This document shows, one piece after another, positions 1 to 14,800 of a DNA stretch of 64,000 nt. The translations under genes and the position numbers were made by a program. Under the pieces are notes generated by a model, which was not told the origin of the DNA, did not search any database, and saw only the letters and a list, made by a program, of their open reading frames with translations. The stretch spans positions 631,419 through 695,418 of the forward strand of contig JAQGDQ010000082.1 in assembly GCA_030141605.1 (NCBI GenBank), in the 5' to 3' direction. Each line of letters begins with the position of its first letter. The stretch's first letter is position 1. Source of the stretch: Tubiluchus corallicola (Eukaryota; Animalia; Priapulida).

Positions 1-32
1 ATTGTCCTATAGGCTAACGCCTAAAGTTCTCA

Positions 33-334
33 AGTTTGGGGGCCCTCAAGCTTTGGTAAATACAGAATTTGTGTTGAAAATGTATGTGTTAATTTGGTTT
101 GCAATAAATAGTAAGTACTGGTATTTCTTAAACACTATTTTTACTGACAAACAAAAGACAGCTACTCTAGTTCATTTAAAGAATTTGCAATATGTTTACT
201 GTAAGCTATGTAAATGTGGCTAAAATATATCACGAGTAAAAAATATTCAAAATGGGTTACAAGGTGGCACCGTCTGAGGGAGGCCCTATGATTTAATTAG
301 CCTAGGGCTGTCAGAAGGTCATAATCCGGCACTG
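33..334. mobile_element. Non-autonomous DNA transposon (MITE) fragment, same family as 52078-52417 and 57136-57471
   Basis: Collinear similarity to 57136-57471 (tttgggggccctcaa...aagctatgtaaatgtggctaaa...attagcctagggg...cataatc[c/t]ggc[a/c]ctg). The terminus reads CAG(T/G)GCC(G/A)GATTATGA on the opposite strand, a TIR-like end. Confidence 0.7.
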
Positions 335-2389
335 GTTCCTTGTGGGAAGCTCTTCGGGACACATTTGTTTTCAAGGCTGACATCTGTAATACTGGTTACT
401 CGAGCGGAATGAAAATCTCTTTATTCGTTTTTGTGTTGTCATCCCTGAGAAACGTAATGATTTGATTGAGTTGATTTTTCTAACTCTTGCTCACACCTGG
501 CTCTCCCAGCTTAACACGTGCCCGTGGCATATTAATCACATTTTTAAGTCTGGATGAACGCAGTAAAAAACTTGCCCAGACGCATGAAAGATTTCTTTTA
601 GAAGAAGGAGCACCTGCCATCTGAAGAAGATAAGTAGGTTAACTACAAAAAAGCGATTATTTCTGATCACCAAAACTTCAGCAAACACCTGCTACCTATA
701 CCTTCTCGACGATTCATGACTAATTAGCGTCATGGAAGCTGAGGAAAAGGAGCTTTAAACGTTCAAGTAAAGACTTATACAGATAGCCGCGAGGTAAACG
801 CCACAATCTAAGAAAAATGACGCCTTGAAAAACGTAAATTAACGTTACAAACTGAAGATAAAAAGGATTTGCAGTTTTCAGTTACATTTGCAGTGAATAT
901 ATAATGAGAAAAATCAAGCGTACATAAAATTAAATATGTCATTCAATTTTCACCTTTTTATTTATTCAACCATGAGCAATCAATTTGAAAAGCATTACAA
1001 AACTTGAAGTGACGATACCCAAACTGCAGATTTATACGTTGATTTTAATTACTATTAATTAAATAATTGTTTCATTCTTTACTCATTTTTACTCATTCTA
1101 TGATCACACCAAAAGTTCATAATTACACACATACACACTGCGCAATAGTACGATAGTGAATCGCTTAACCTTAACGAGTATTTTTTAAGAAACAGATCTC
1201 TTCCCTCTAAATTTCTACATAAAAGCACAAAAAGCAAAACAAAATGCTCGAAAAGCTGCTCTTTTCAAATGTCACTCACTTGTCAGACAAAAATCTGAAA
1301 AACGTACAACGTCTAAAAAGGATAATTCCAGAGCCATTCAAAATTAGAATAACATTGCTGCATCCTATACTTATCCCTACAAAGAATGTACTTTGTTTCC
1401 TATTAACCCGTAAATTTACGGGAAACATGAAAGAACTCGACTGCATACCACACTGCTGTAACGCACGTGAAAATATATAAAAGTTTATCGTTAACAAAAA
1501 ATTTGATCATCGGTGAAAAATCAGAGAACTTCAATATCTGTAAAAGTTATTCACTTCTAGTAACAATAAGCAAGAGAGAAATCTATTATCATGTAATTTA
1601 GGTAAAAAATAATTCGTATAATGAAATAGGTAACAAACGTGTTGGTAAAAGTAACAGTAAGTCGAAAAAAATCATGGGTTACGTGGGTTAATGTTTAATC
1701 TTTTTGCGGGATGTAAACGTAAAGCAACCAAGCTAAAAAATTTCAAAGTCAAAAAGTACTTAAATTTAGTTGCTTGGGAACAATCAAGCTCAAGTAACAT
1801 TTTAATTTTTAAAAGGGTCAAAGTAAAAACAGAAGGAAGCCCCGCGATCCTAAAAACCATAATCGTTTTGCTACTTTTTGAAAATTTATATTTAAAAACG
1901 TATAGTACTATAGCTATATTATGACTTAAACATTTTGCAACTAATCCGGGTAATTTTTTACCGCCATCTGGCGTTTATCCAACAAACTAATTGTATCATG
2001 AAAACACTATCAATTCGTATGTGTTGATGTTCATGCTCATCTCGCCATAGCAATGGCTCGTTAAACCGCCAAGCGGGCGCGTTTTTACACAAAATTTCTT
2101 TTTCATAAATCGCCATGAAAGGCTGGACATCGTGTCACCTGCCCAGTACACGTTAATTAACCACACCTATCTCACCTGAACAAACAACTTCACATTGACG
2201 TGAACGATACACGACGTGGAGTGTGCCAATTAAAAACAGATTTGTTTGTAGTCATGGTGTTTATAAATGAGCAGGTGAGACGAAACAGACGAAAACAAAT
2301 GAGTCGACTTTGTCCCTATGAGGAGTTTCGTTTCACGAATGGCTTACTGCCCAACGACTCGTTCAATGTTACGATCAACAGATCATTTA

Positions 2390-2520
2390 AGTGGCTCAGC
2401 TAGGGTATATGCCCTAGCGTTAGAAGCAGCTAGTTACGAACTCAAGACTACGTGGTTGTCTAAGTCCGAAATCTAAATCACTCCGCCACTCAACCCAGGA
2501 CAAGTTATCTCAGCTGTTAC
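2390..2520 (+). mobile_element. Possible degenerate tRNA-derived SINE head
   Basis: A-box-like gtggctcagctagg, a weak B-box-like gaactcaagac about 55 bp downstream, then ccactcaaccca. No cloverleaf can be folded. Confidence 0.3.
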
Positions 2521-5500
2521 TTAATTTCTCAGACTCAATGAATGCCCTCTGAGAAAAGCGAATGGTGAAGTAAGCCAAACGTCAGAAGGGATGCTAGAAA
2601 GGACGAAAAACATCTAACCCACGAGAGATTAGACAAGTTTAAAAATTATTACACCCTAAAAAATCTCATTCCCGCAGTCAGATCATTAGTTTTAATGATG
2701 GCAGTGAAAATTTAGAAAAAGAAACAAAAGAAAACAATGTTGCCACGAGAGCAGCGCCCACCATTCAAAGTCAGCGAAAGTTGATGTTTTCACAATCAAC
2801 TTTGGCTTTAACTGACACAAAAACTTAAGTAAATATTAAAGTAAAATTGAATTAACGAGTTTATGTAACTTCCTCAAAAATACTTTTCTGGGGAAACAAA
2901 GGATAAGACTGCCAAGAACTCATTAGATGTAAAAAAACATACTACATACATATTAAGTAGATTAACTGAATCTTTAAAAAACAGAACAATATGGCGCATA
3001 CGTCAAAACATTACTGAATTACGAGTACTTATAATCTTAGGTTGAATCACACTTACGTTGCTTAACAGCTTCCAAAACCCTGTTTTGATACACGCCCTAG
3101 AAAAACCCAAAACGCAAATATTCATGCATTTCACCACAGAATAGCCTTGAACGAACCGGACCGTCTGAATTTGGTCCTCGATGTAATTTATTTGTCAAGC
3201 AATTAACGCTGACGTGAAGCATGAGGCTTTGTATGGTGGGAAGAAAGCGAAATAATCCTTTGATTTGTTCAATAAGGGATTCAATTTCGAAATTCTGTTC
3301 CAGACATTAAAATAAGACGATTTCAGCGCTAGCTCGCCGAAGAAATCTAGCGTCATTATTGAAAGTCTGTGGGAAAATATGAGATGTAATCACGAGAACG
3401 AAAAGAGACGCGTTGTGTAAACATTAATGATTTACAATGTAGAAAGCATTTTGCGCAGTTATAATCACACATCCTATACAGTTTTACAACTGTTATATAG
3501 CTCGGTTTTCTGGTAAAATGCGATCTAGCACTAAAGAAAGCCAGCAAAGTCTATATAATGTACACAGTTGTGGCGGAACCGGAGCCTATCTCACTACGAA
3601 ATCCTCTAAGATGAGATGCTTGACAGGTATAGACGTGTCTGAGCGTTTGTTACTAAGTACTTTAATTTTTTCTCTGCAATAATATACACCAGTTTATTAT
3701 GAACATGAGTCATCTGTCTGCAAATTTGTAACATATGGGCATAGAGTTTGACTCATGTGAATAACAGTAAATGACAACAAAAATTTGTTTATAAAAACTG
3801 TAGTTTGTAGCTGAGTAAGTTTCAAATAACCCTGAAAATCTCCGGTTAAGGGTAAAATATTATGATTACAATTCCCCAGCCATTAGGATGTTTTGAATTG
3901 AAGTTACGGTAAGGTTATATAGTCTCTTCTGACGCGATGACGATACCCTCCAGGTAAATATATCTATGACAAGACCTCCTGTCACTATGACTCACACGGC
4001 CATTACCACATGCAGGTGTGCACATACACCAGTTTTTACCTCAAAACGTTCTCGCAATCAAATCATAATCAACGCAAGCAGAGATGAGGGATGCATTCAG
4101 GCACTCACACAACTTTTATGAGCCACCATGATATGACGGATTACCTGTTGATTTAATTCAAGGACACCCACGCATGTGTGGTTTTGCCCAGGAAACCACC
4201 ACAGAGTCCACGGCGTGATCTGGGTTTCAAAAGATAATCATGACATTGTCGCATGGCTACACCTGAATGGCGCGAGTTAACACTTCTCCATTGATATTCA
4301 TGTTACTCGTTTTGATTACTTCTATGCTGGCCACAGATATTTGGATGCGTTCCAAAATAAGTTAAGATTGATCACAACTCGTGACCGTTTGACCCGTATT
4401 GTCAGCTGAACTCGTCACCTGTATAGATGGTTGCTAACAACATCAAGTACGCAAATCCAGTCACGTTAAAAATCATACATTAAGTGAAACATCACACATA
4501 TCTGTAAATATTAATTTCGTGTAATAAATTTAATAACATTGATTTTAGCTTTTTCTGAGCACGAGTGACACACAAGGACAGTCACTGTGCAGTCAGGAAA
4601 AGGCGGGTGGCAAAGAGCATCACGTTTTCCATTTTATGGTGTACATGACTCCTAATACAATATAAAATATCTCCCACTTCTTGGTCAAGTACTAATGAAA
4701 CCTCAATCAATTAAACAAAGGGCGTAGAACTTATTTAACAACAATTCGGGTTTGAGTGTAATCCTGCAAGATAGGTCTGGGAAACGGAAAGGAACACGTC
4801 TGGGAAATAACAAAATTTCAACGTTTACTTGCGTTCAGCAATGAAAAAAATATCAGGTACTCTACACTGCACCACAATGGAAATTACACCAGTGTATAGC
4901 TATCGCCGAGGAAACCCAATAAATGGAAAGCATTACCGCAAATAAATAATCACATAACGACATCCATGGTGCACAGAGAATAAAAGAATAGCCTTTGATC
5001 ATAACTCAGTTTTAGTATGATGATTTACCGAAAACGCCGAAATTTTTACGACCCTTATGCAACAGAGCTCTGCCGACTATAGATGCGGGCATTGAATTAC
5101 TATATTGATGTGGTCACGTACGGCAAAGGTAATGCAATAAATTAATTTTAATGACCAATGAATGTTCAATGGTAACTATTATGTGGTAACACCGCTCAGG
5201 CATAGAGAAGTTAGGTTTACTTTTTAAGCAATACCTGCAAAGAAAGCAATAAAACTACATTATACTAAAGCACAAAGTTGGAAAAAAGGTAACAGGAAAA
5301 AAAGGTAGTCACTGAAAAATGCATAAACTGACCACAGTGACCATCAGCAAAGACAATTCTATAATGTGATTTCTTCTAACCAAATTTAGAAGTAAGCACA
5401 TCTTAAACAATTTTAACATATAGATTGCGTTACTTAGTTCAGCCAAGTTACCATACAACGCATTATTTGTGATGTGTGGTTTCCACTGATTTATGAAATT

Positions 5501-5754
5501 AAACGCTTTTTGCGTAGCATGCAAAATTTAAATAGGATTGGCTTCGCTACTTTTTGCAGTGTGTTAACGACTGAGGATATTTCAAACGTAAGTGTTATGG
5601 TTACACGTGCGGGATAAGCAATAAGTATTGGCAGTTTTCCAGCAACATCGCAGCAAAAACTATGAGCCAGCAGCAATATAAAATATAATTTTAAACAGTA
5701 AAAGGAGGAAGATGGTAAAAACTATGAATCAACAGTAACACCATTATTTAAAGT

Positions 5755-5848
5755 ATGTATATACCTAATTCTGTAGTTTTTACACTTTGTGTTTTGGATC
5801 AATGTATATACCTAATTCTGTTGCATTTACAGATTGTGTATTGGACTA
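5755..5848. repeat. Tandem duplication, 2 x ~47 bp
   Basis: atgtatatacctaattctgt...tgtg...ttgga starts at both 5755 and 5802. Confidence 0.85.
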
Positions 5849-8800
5849 ATCTATTCTTAAAGACATTTAATTTCTTGGTAAGATCTGCCCATAAATTATA
5901 AATTACATGCTTGACTTGAGTAGCTTGGTAATATAAAATAATAATTTCGTGCTACTGAGAAAATGTGAAAAACTAAATATACAGACTACCGACTTGCTCG
6001 TCTATGCTCCCACAACACTACAAAAGCCTATACAACAGTGTGACCAGAATTGCTGCTTTCGACCACTTTATTTTATTGCACCAATAAAAACTTGAATGGC
6101 GCTTTGAATGCGTTTAATATTTCAATGGCTGGGCTTATTGTTTCGAGCTCAGGTGTCACTGAACAACGCCCCTGCCTCAGTTTACGATGATGACTCAACA
6201 GAAGAAAAAGTCAAAATGGCTGCATGTTATCCGCATACAGATTCACGTGTTTATGATAATAGTCGCACATTTAGTATATAAAAAGAGATATATGATATGC
6301 AAGCTGTAAAGGCTTTACAAATGTGAAGGGTGCACTTAGCCAGGTACAGTGTACATACGTAATAATTACTGTCTTAAGTAAATGTTTCTTACTGACATCA
6401 ACAATTGTCCCTAAATTCAGACTTACATATCGCCAATTTAAAAATACGTTTTGTTGTAAGCACCTAATGTAAACATTAGTTGTCTCAGTATAGACAAATG
6501 AGTCAGCATAATCAAATACATTTACATCAACTATTTAAACTCCACATAACTACTGGCAGAGATTTTTACACTAGGCTTCGAGTATTATATTCTTTGCTAA
6601 ATGTTATCTGAAACATATGTAAAGCTGAATGGAGGTTAACCTCTTTATTAGTACTTGGACGCACAAAAGCCTAATTAATTTTTTTGGCACAGTACTTAGC
6701 AAAAGTACAACGTATAACAAACTCTAGGCTACAGTGTAGCAGTTAACAGTAACAGCAATACTAGTTTCACGAGCTCAGTTTAAAACTATGCGGTTACATG
6801 ATACTGGGCGACAGAATCATAAATTTCAATCATTCATTCTGCTGTTGGGAGTGACCGTGTCACCCGTAGAAGCGCATAGTCATACTCACTCAAAATTGGA
6901 CAAACAGTATCATAAACACTTGCCAAAGAGTTACAGTACCGGGCGTAAAGTTATAAAAGCCGATCGTAAAGTAATGCAGTCAATGACCGTAAGATACCGT
7001 GAACAAAATTCACGCTAGCTGAATACCCGCGTTTGTAAAATGAGAAAACCTGCGTGCCTCACGCATGTCTCTTGTTTTGACAGTCAATTCACGCACGTTT
7101 TATTGTTTTCCAAAACAACAGACAACCAGATTGTTTAGAAATCCTGTTATACAGAGAAATTAATTCAATATGACGCGAATCAAAGATATCAAATATTTAA
7201 TAAAGTTACTCTAACATCACATACAATTGTCATGTCAAGCTGCGAATGTATAGGCAAAGATGAAGCCTTTACACTAGTTTGTTACAAATTGCTTCTAATT
7301 TTATTTTCGCATTAAATATTACATCCATGGTTCCTGGGAATCACGCATGTAGGCTATAATGAACTAATGAGTATTAAAGGATTTTGGTCTGCCCTCTGTC
7401 ATTAACCACCTCCGCCCACCCGCAAACTAAGTGTCTACGCCACTCTTTACCAACCTCACTATCACAAGAGTGTTGCCTTACTGTAAAATATAAAAACCAC
7501 TGTATTTTATAATAATTATCACCACTACACGGCAATATTAAATAATTCTCTTACTAATAATACAAGGCGAACACTTAAAAAAATCAAATTAAGTTATTAA
7601 AAGATGAGAAGTACATTAATTATTAATTTTTTTATTAATTAGTTAAATATTATTACTTAGTTTTTCAGCACTTTTGTATATACTAGATCACTCACCAGAA
7701 ATTTAGTTTCTGTTCTACAACCTGAGTAGATATCAACATGCAAATCAAAAACTGCCCTTCTTGTGGCCCTTTTCTTATTTTTCCATGCAAATTTTTTAAT
7801 CATGTCTGCTGTTAACTGTTTCTTACGCAAACTTATATCACCAATTAAATCCAAAAATTATATACCACACACTGTCACGACACAACAGTTTTTAGCAAAA
7901 ATTAACAAGTTCTTATATGGTCTTTTAAGCTCTATAACAAGGGCTTAAGAACACAATACAAACGATTTGACAGTCAACAGTTAAAAACGTTACACGACGC
8001 GCGACATAAGCCAGGAGAATTTCATCTTGTTCTTGCACACACGTAACGTAACGCTCTAATGATGAAAATGACTCGATCTCAATTTACTGATTAAACCAAC
8101 AGTTGAACCCAGGTCCATCAATCAACGTCACATTAAAAACATTTTATGATAAATCCACAGGTTAAATTTCGATTTGCACATTAATTAATCTAATTGAACT
8201 AATAGCCGCTTTTTCTCGGTCAGGACTATATTCATAATACAACATGACATTTAAACTATTGAATGTTAATAAGTATTTAAATATGGCAGCAAAAGAACCT
8301 ACATACAGAAATATAGCTATGCTGCATGATGATGATTCCGTCCACGTTAAAGATCGAAAGTATAGGCCTAAACGGAACTGAATCTCTATTATACAAGAAA
8401 TTGGTCAATAATCGTTTATATTTCTAAACGCCTCCATTGCATTCAGAGGTTTTTGCACTCTCAAGTCTAACCGCTGCACCTTTTATTTTTTGGAAGATCA
8501 ATACCACACAAGCGTAAGTGTAAATTCGTGTTTAACAAGAAAATGATAGAAATCGCAAAACACTTATTGTGGTTTATGCCATTGAGATTCTAGTCAATAT
8601 AATGCAGTGACTTGTATTTTACAGTAATCTCAAGTTTTTCAACATCGTTGATATAGACCAATGTAGATATTGCTAGTCTCTAACATTTAAATAGCAAGAC
8701 AATCACACTATCTGAGTGATTTGGCTTTGGAGAAACAGAAATTGTACAATGGTGTCACTCGTCAGAACATTTCAGTAAACTCGTGCCGTTTTACAAGCAC

Positions 8801-11800
8801 TCAAGAACACTCAAAAGCCTTCGATAAATTACAAAATGGATGTGTCTGAAGATACAGTTTGGCAGTTCTTAATGAGTTGCGTGTCAAAGAAAGAGTTATT
8901 TTGACAGTAATTGCTTTTCATGTAGATACTCTTCACCTGACGAGGAAATAACTTTTCTTCCTCAAAAATTTAACAATATTGGGGGTTTTTCTTCCTTGTG
9001 TTAAAGCAAGACACTATGCAAAAGAAAACAAGCATATGAAAATAAAACTTGACTATGATTAAATTTGCAAAACTTATGAATAAAATTTATGAAATAAAAC
9101 TTAATTATTAATATTAATAACAAAAAATTTATTATCACACATTATCTAAACATCTTAGTTATAAACAGGTGACCCGAAATTTGCACGGTAAACTACACAT
9201 GATTTGACATAAATGTATCACTAACATGCGGTAAAAAAATAAAGAACTGCTAGGACTTGAAGCCAGAACTTTACTCTTCTGGAACATAAAAGCGGCAAAC
9301 AACAAAACAACGCACGCAAAAACAACAACAGACAAAAAACAAGGTAGATTTTATAAGGAGCATCAGTTAATATTGCTTGTAGTGGGTACAGATTAAACTA
9401 CAGACTTTTCTAAAAAAAACTTGATAGTTTACAGTGAAATACTGTACTTTAAATAACGTGATTATGCATGTTTGTTTGCAAGCTATCATTAACGAACAAT
9501 CCTACAATAAAAAACCAAAATCACTTACTAGCTTTTACAACAAAATATCTTTTCTTTGCAATTCTTGGAAAGAAAAATGGCTAGTTTACATTGATTGGTT
9601 GTTCTCTTATACATATAAAACGATGCTTCATTAACAATCTTTCAAATAACACTAAAATCGCATTATACTATGCACAGAAAGGCAGGTGGTCACCACCTCA
9701 AGACACACCAACAAACAAACAGACTGGTCAAAGAGTAAAACGCTTTTGGTTACAAGACAGGTGACAATTTTAGTACTGCTAGTGAGAGATAATCTATCTT
9801 TCTAAAGAGGCTATTAAGGTATTGTACCCGCATCAAGTGATTAAAGGGTGACCTACTGTTTGATAAGTATAGGTTTCAGCAGTGAAAGTGTCTAGTCACC
9901 TGTCAAGATGCTGTGCCATGTGGTCAGTATGCACCTGGATGATGCTGAGTAATTCATGTGGTCAATCACTTGAAAAAATAAACAAGTAAATGGGACGCTT
10001 ACATTTTCCCACCACCCTAAATTTAAAGACACGATAAAGAAACATTCGTAGAAACGAGAATGTTGGCAAGACAGACAAATTAGAAAACAAACCCACGTGG
10101 AACCTAGCAGTACAGTATACACATTTGTCAATTAGGCAAGAACGATCAAGCCATACAATGATAGAAATAATAATAAAGGCAATAATTATAACTGTTCATG
10201 GGTGTTCACATGTAATAGTGTAAACCAGTTGCAGATGCAAAAACGATGAATCTGAGTGACATAACCTACACGTCTCAATTACGAAAACTCAGGTACATGG
10301 TGGTGCACCATGAAAGCCCTAAATCACAATTTAAAAAACTTTGGAAACATTTATATAAAAAAATGAAATAAGTTGTCGTAAAGGCCTCTAGTATATACTG
10401 ACTAAACAAAATAGTAAATGTGCAATATTTGGACAAAAGTTCAGACACTTGCCTGAAAATGGGAGGAAATACAGATTACAGAACCTAACTATCACTGAAC
10501 CTGGTGTAATCTTACTAATGAACCTATATATAATTTATGCACAGATGTTAGCTTTAACACAGTCTCGGAAAGTGGCTCTCGATACTTCAGAGATAAGTAA
10601 TCTTGCATTTAAATGGTCATCCCGTGTCTCTCACAGCTAAATTTATCCATATGGCACGAGGCACAGACAAAAGTTCTTCACAAATGCTTATAGAACTACA
10701 GGAAGTTCAGTAAATAGAACAGCAGCAGGCTCAGTAACACCATATTGCCATCGGAAAGGACTTGCCTAACAGAGGCGGTCAACTATTCATGTTAGATATG
10801 GCGCCATACGAACCACACAGTCAGCATGTTCACACACGCGTATTTAAAATCAGAACCTAAAACGTTTGCGAAAAAGGTTCATTAAGTTTTGTGGAATGAT
10901 AAATCCTAACATTCAGCCTTTCTTTAGCTGCTTTAACTGCTTGCTTTATTTCTTTTCTTTTGTTCATATTTTCTTCCTCTGCTTTCGCCATCACATTTTT
11001 GTAGGTGAAAAGGGTTACAGGTGCCTCAAAGTAACACTTTGAGCTTTTTTTATTATCAGATTTCTGCTTGACATTATTAAAAACTTGAACTGGATCTACG
11101 ATTCGGTAATAAACCCGCATATAATTATTTTGATTTATAATGTAATGATTAAACGCATACTACAAATAATTAATTTTACTCTAAAAATGAGATTTTTTTC
11201 TTGATGAGATGGGACGAATAAGAAGACAGGTAATTCAGTTGCCTGACAAATTTATCTCTCGCTTTCTGCTCTCCTGTCTGGGGCGTGATTGTCCTAAAAC
11301 CTGCCTGACGAGTTTTCCTCCATTAAATGCCAACATTCATTATTATTGAATAGCTGATTGTGTGCATGGGAAGAGCTGTGCAGCTCTGTGGATGCACTCA
11401 CAGTGCCAGTCACATCACATCATAGATAATAAATCCTATGAGGACACAGATAAGAAATCAAACGAAGACCTTTAAAATTATAGGTAGGGTCACTACACGC
11501 TTAGGTCATTTATGTTCAGGTTCACGCTTGAAATTATGTAGTAATAACCTAGACTACATGTGATATCGTCACTCACACCACGTCACAAAACAGATATCCT
11601 ATGTTAATGAAAACATAATATTTTAAATTTTAAAATTAAAATTAGATGTATGGGCCTAATCGCTGATTTGTGTTTATCCCATTCGTGTAGAGCAGTCATC
11701 AGCAGTTTTACACATAAAATCGTAGAAATGATATTAAATTCATACGGGTTTTTAATACAGTTCTCTGCTTCTACGTTTGTTGCAAACCAAAGCTTAAAGC

Positions 11801-14800
11801 AAATTAAAAAATTAAACATATTTCCTGCTTCTGCACAGTCAAAGTGTCCGTTAGCCCATCTGGTTTATTAATCATTTAAATGAACGCATTTTCTGTCATA
11901 TAGCTCAATTTCTTACGATATTTCCATTATTTTGCCAATGAAGTTGTTATGAAATGACTCATTTTGTTATTGAAAAATCGCTGCATTTGTAGCAAGAAAA
12001 CACTGATGTAGATACAATATCAGCTCAACAAAAGAGCCGACAGGAAATGATCTCTTTCCTCACGTTTGATGTTATTCAGTTTACTTTTTTTCCTTTTTGC
12101 GGAAACAATTTTCAATTTTAGGAGATTTTCAGTTCGTTCAACTGAGCATCTGAAATCTTCTTGTTTTACTCACCAGTAATTCCTGCAACCAATTCTGCTC
12201 TTAAATCCTTAACACCCTATCAAATTCCAATTATGAAGTCAAAAATTTACTATAAATACGAGACAAGGAATAAATTCCCACCATTTCAGAAAATCGAAAC
12301 TATTTTCATGGCTAAGACTAATCTTCCAAATCCCACGTATTTGTGTAGCTTCTTAAGCCCCTGATTCGTCACACTAAGCCTCTGATTCGTCATCTTTTAA
12401 CAAGTCGTTTTCATGAGGATTGTGCATCGCCACAGCTTAACTTTTCAACGCTGTCCAAACATGAAGGTGTCAAACCACTTTTAAAGTTAAACTGCAAATA
12501 AGAGGCGGGCATTTTGAATAGAAGACTCAAACAATAGATGCTCATCGGGAAACAATAATGGACGGGAAGCAAGACTCTCTACCAAGAAGTCAAGAATCTC
12601 ATCAATAGTAGACAGAGTCAATTCGACTTGTTTATGAATTTTATCCAACGTTCCTGGGTAGAAATGTTTGTTAAACGGGATAAAAAGATTTAACGATTGA
12701 AATATTTTCTGCGTATGTTTGTTTAATATCTGCAAAACATGATAGATATTGAACAGACTTTTGGCTTATGGCTATTCTCAGTCTTTAGAGTAAATAAAAG
12801 CGTATAGTGAACACTAAACTGTGTGGGAAAATATTTTAAATTTGGAATTAAAATAAGCGATGTGTAGCTGTTCATACCTACTTCTTACCGTTGAAAAGAT
12901 ATTTTGTAAAACGTAAATCTATAATACAATCTTAATTATGTAATGGCTATTTTTACGTATACGTGTACGTGTGTTTAATAACATAAAGGGCAAACCAAGC
13001 ATATCAGAAGTAGATTGCTTCTACGACTTTACAATACTGAACATCATAATTTCGGTCATCAATCTTCGAAGGCTAAAGGGAAAATCATGTATCTTGTCAG
13101 AATTTCACGCCCTCTTAGCGTGTTATGGCGCTGCGGAATAATAAATAGCTACCAGAAATCAACCACCAATAAATTAGAATTCATACAAGTAGACTATTAT
13201 TCAAGCACTACACAAAAACAGCTTTCAGACAACACCGTTCTTTACTCACCTGAAACTGTACTAACGAGAGTGAAAGAGTTAATCTCTAATTGGCTTATTT
13301 TTGATGTAGTTTCATTCCGAATGTTTTGATTTCAACGTTTGTTTATTCTATAGTGCAAAATAATAAACGCCTGACTGTAATGAGCTTCTCGAAAGAAACA
13401 AGCATGTACACCCCTTCACCCCAACTCGTCTGCGATGGTCTGTCACATCAAATAATTAACGATCAATCATTCAAACTCATATGTACAATTATAATAACCT
13501 ATTTGCGTGATTCGAAATCCATGTATATTATGCACTTTCTAATAATATTAAGATTGAAAACGGCAATATACTAGTGTGTGCGCCAGTCACTCTTGCAAAA
13601 TCAATGAGTTGTGCCACTTAATATCAAATTTATTAAGGTTTAATTGCAATATATATATGTAAACACGTGTCATAGAAAATTATTGTCTTATAATTATTAT
13701 GCTCATTTAGTTTTGTATAAAAACGCACGCATAATGAATTATCTAACAATTGTTTTAAAATATTAGTTGATTCGTGTTCTGAACACTTTCACTAAATATA
13801 TTTTCAGTGGTAATAAACTATGAACCTGAAGCCTACATGTGTGCAGGACGCTTAACTTGTAGTTAACTAACGGTTTTAAGAGCTACGAAACAGCGTACGA
13901 GGCCTATTATTAACATAATTTGTCCAAACAAACGACATTCGTTATAATATACAAAGTTCGGCGGACGCTGGGAAGAAAGCTAAAGCGTCTTTGCAAACAT
14001 ATAATTTTCATTTTTAGTCACTGCGCTAAGTGTTTTCCCTTTTTACAAAATTAGTGGCTCTAAAAAAATTGACAACCCCCCCCCCCCCAGCCGCCAGACG
14101 GCTGGATACAAAACCAATACAGATTGATGTTTTATAATTCGTTTAGTTACAGTAACAATGCGGTAAATAGCATACTTTAAATACCAACAGGTAAAACACC
14201 AATATTACCCATGTTACCTGCACAAGCAGAGGTTTGACATCAGTGATAGACAGGTGAGACAGATGCGCCTGATTACAGGTAAATACCTGGCAAGTTTTTG
14301 CGTCCAGAAAACTCGCCCCAGTGTTATGGCGCATAAGTGCATAAACTGTTCGTAAGCACAGTAACACCTTGTGATACCCAAGATGATGATGATGATACTG
14401 ATGGCCGATAATGATCGCCACTTTGCAATTATCAATAATTTTTATGAAGAAATAATTACGATGATGATAGGGAGAGGAACCTGTTTTTCAGGTGTGACTC
14501 ATTGTGGATTCGTGGTATAATTTTATGCAAACTTTGTTCGCATAATCCGTCCAACACTTTCACTTAATATATACCTTTGCATTTGGCACAATATATTATG
14601 AATTAATTGCATGGATATATTTCACAAAACTCACAAAACTTATATTCAATCTATTAGTCTCACCTGGCCTGTTAAATGACTGAGTGGTTTGAAAACTCAT
14701 TTCTTGGTCTTCAATAAACAGGCAGTGGGAGCATAGAGCTCTCCCATATACTGATTAAGTTTCTATATATACCTATCAACACCTGCTGACCACATAACTC

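Noticed and set aside
12487-12735. 82-aa minus-strand ORF (also 7657-7854)
   Set aside because: No recognisable domain, no ATG start and no convincing splice sites.
14143-14435. His-rich and Ile-rich ORFs (also 28181-28411)
   Set aside because: They arise from imperfect (GAT)n microsatellite-like sequence.
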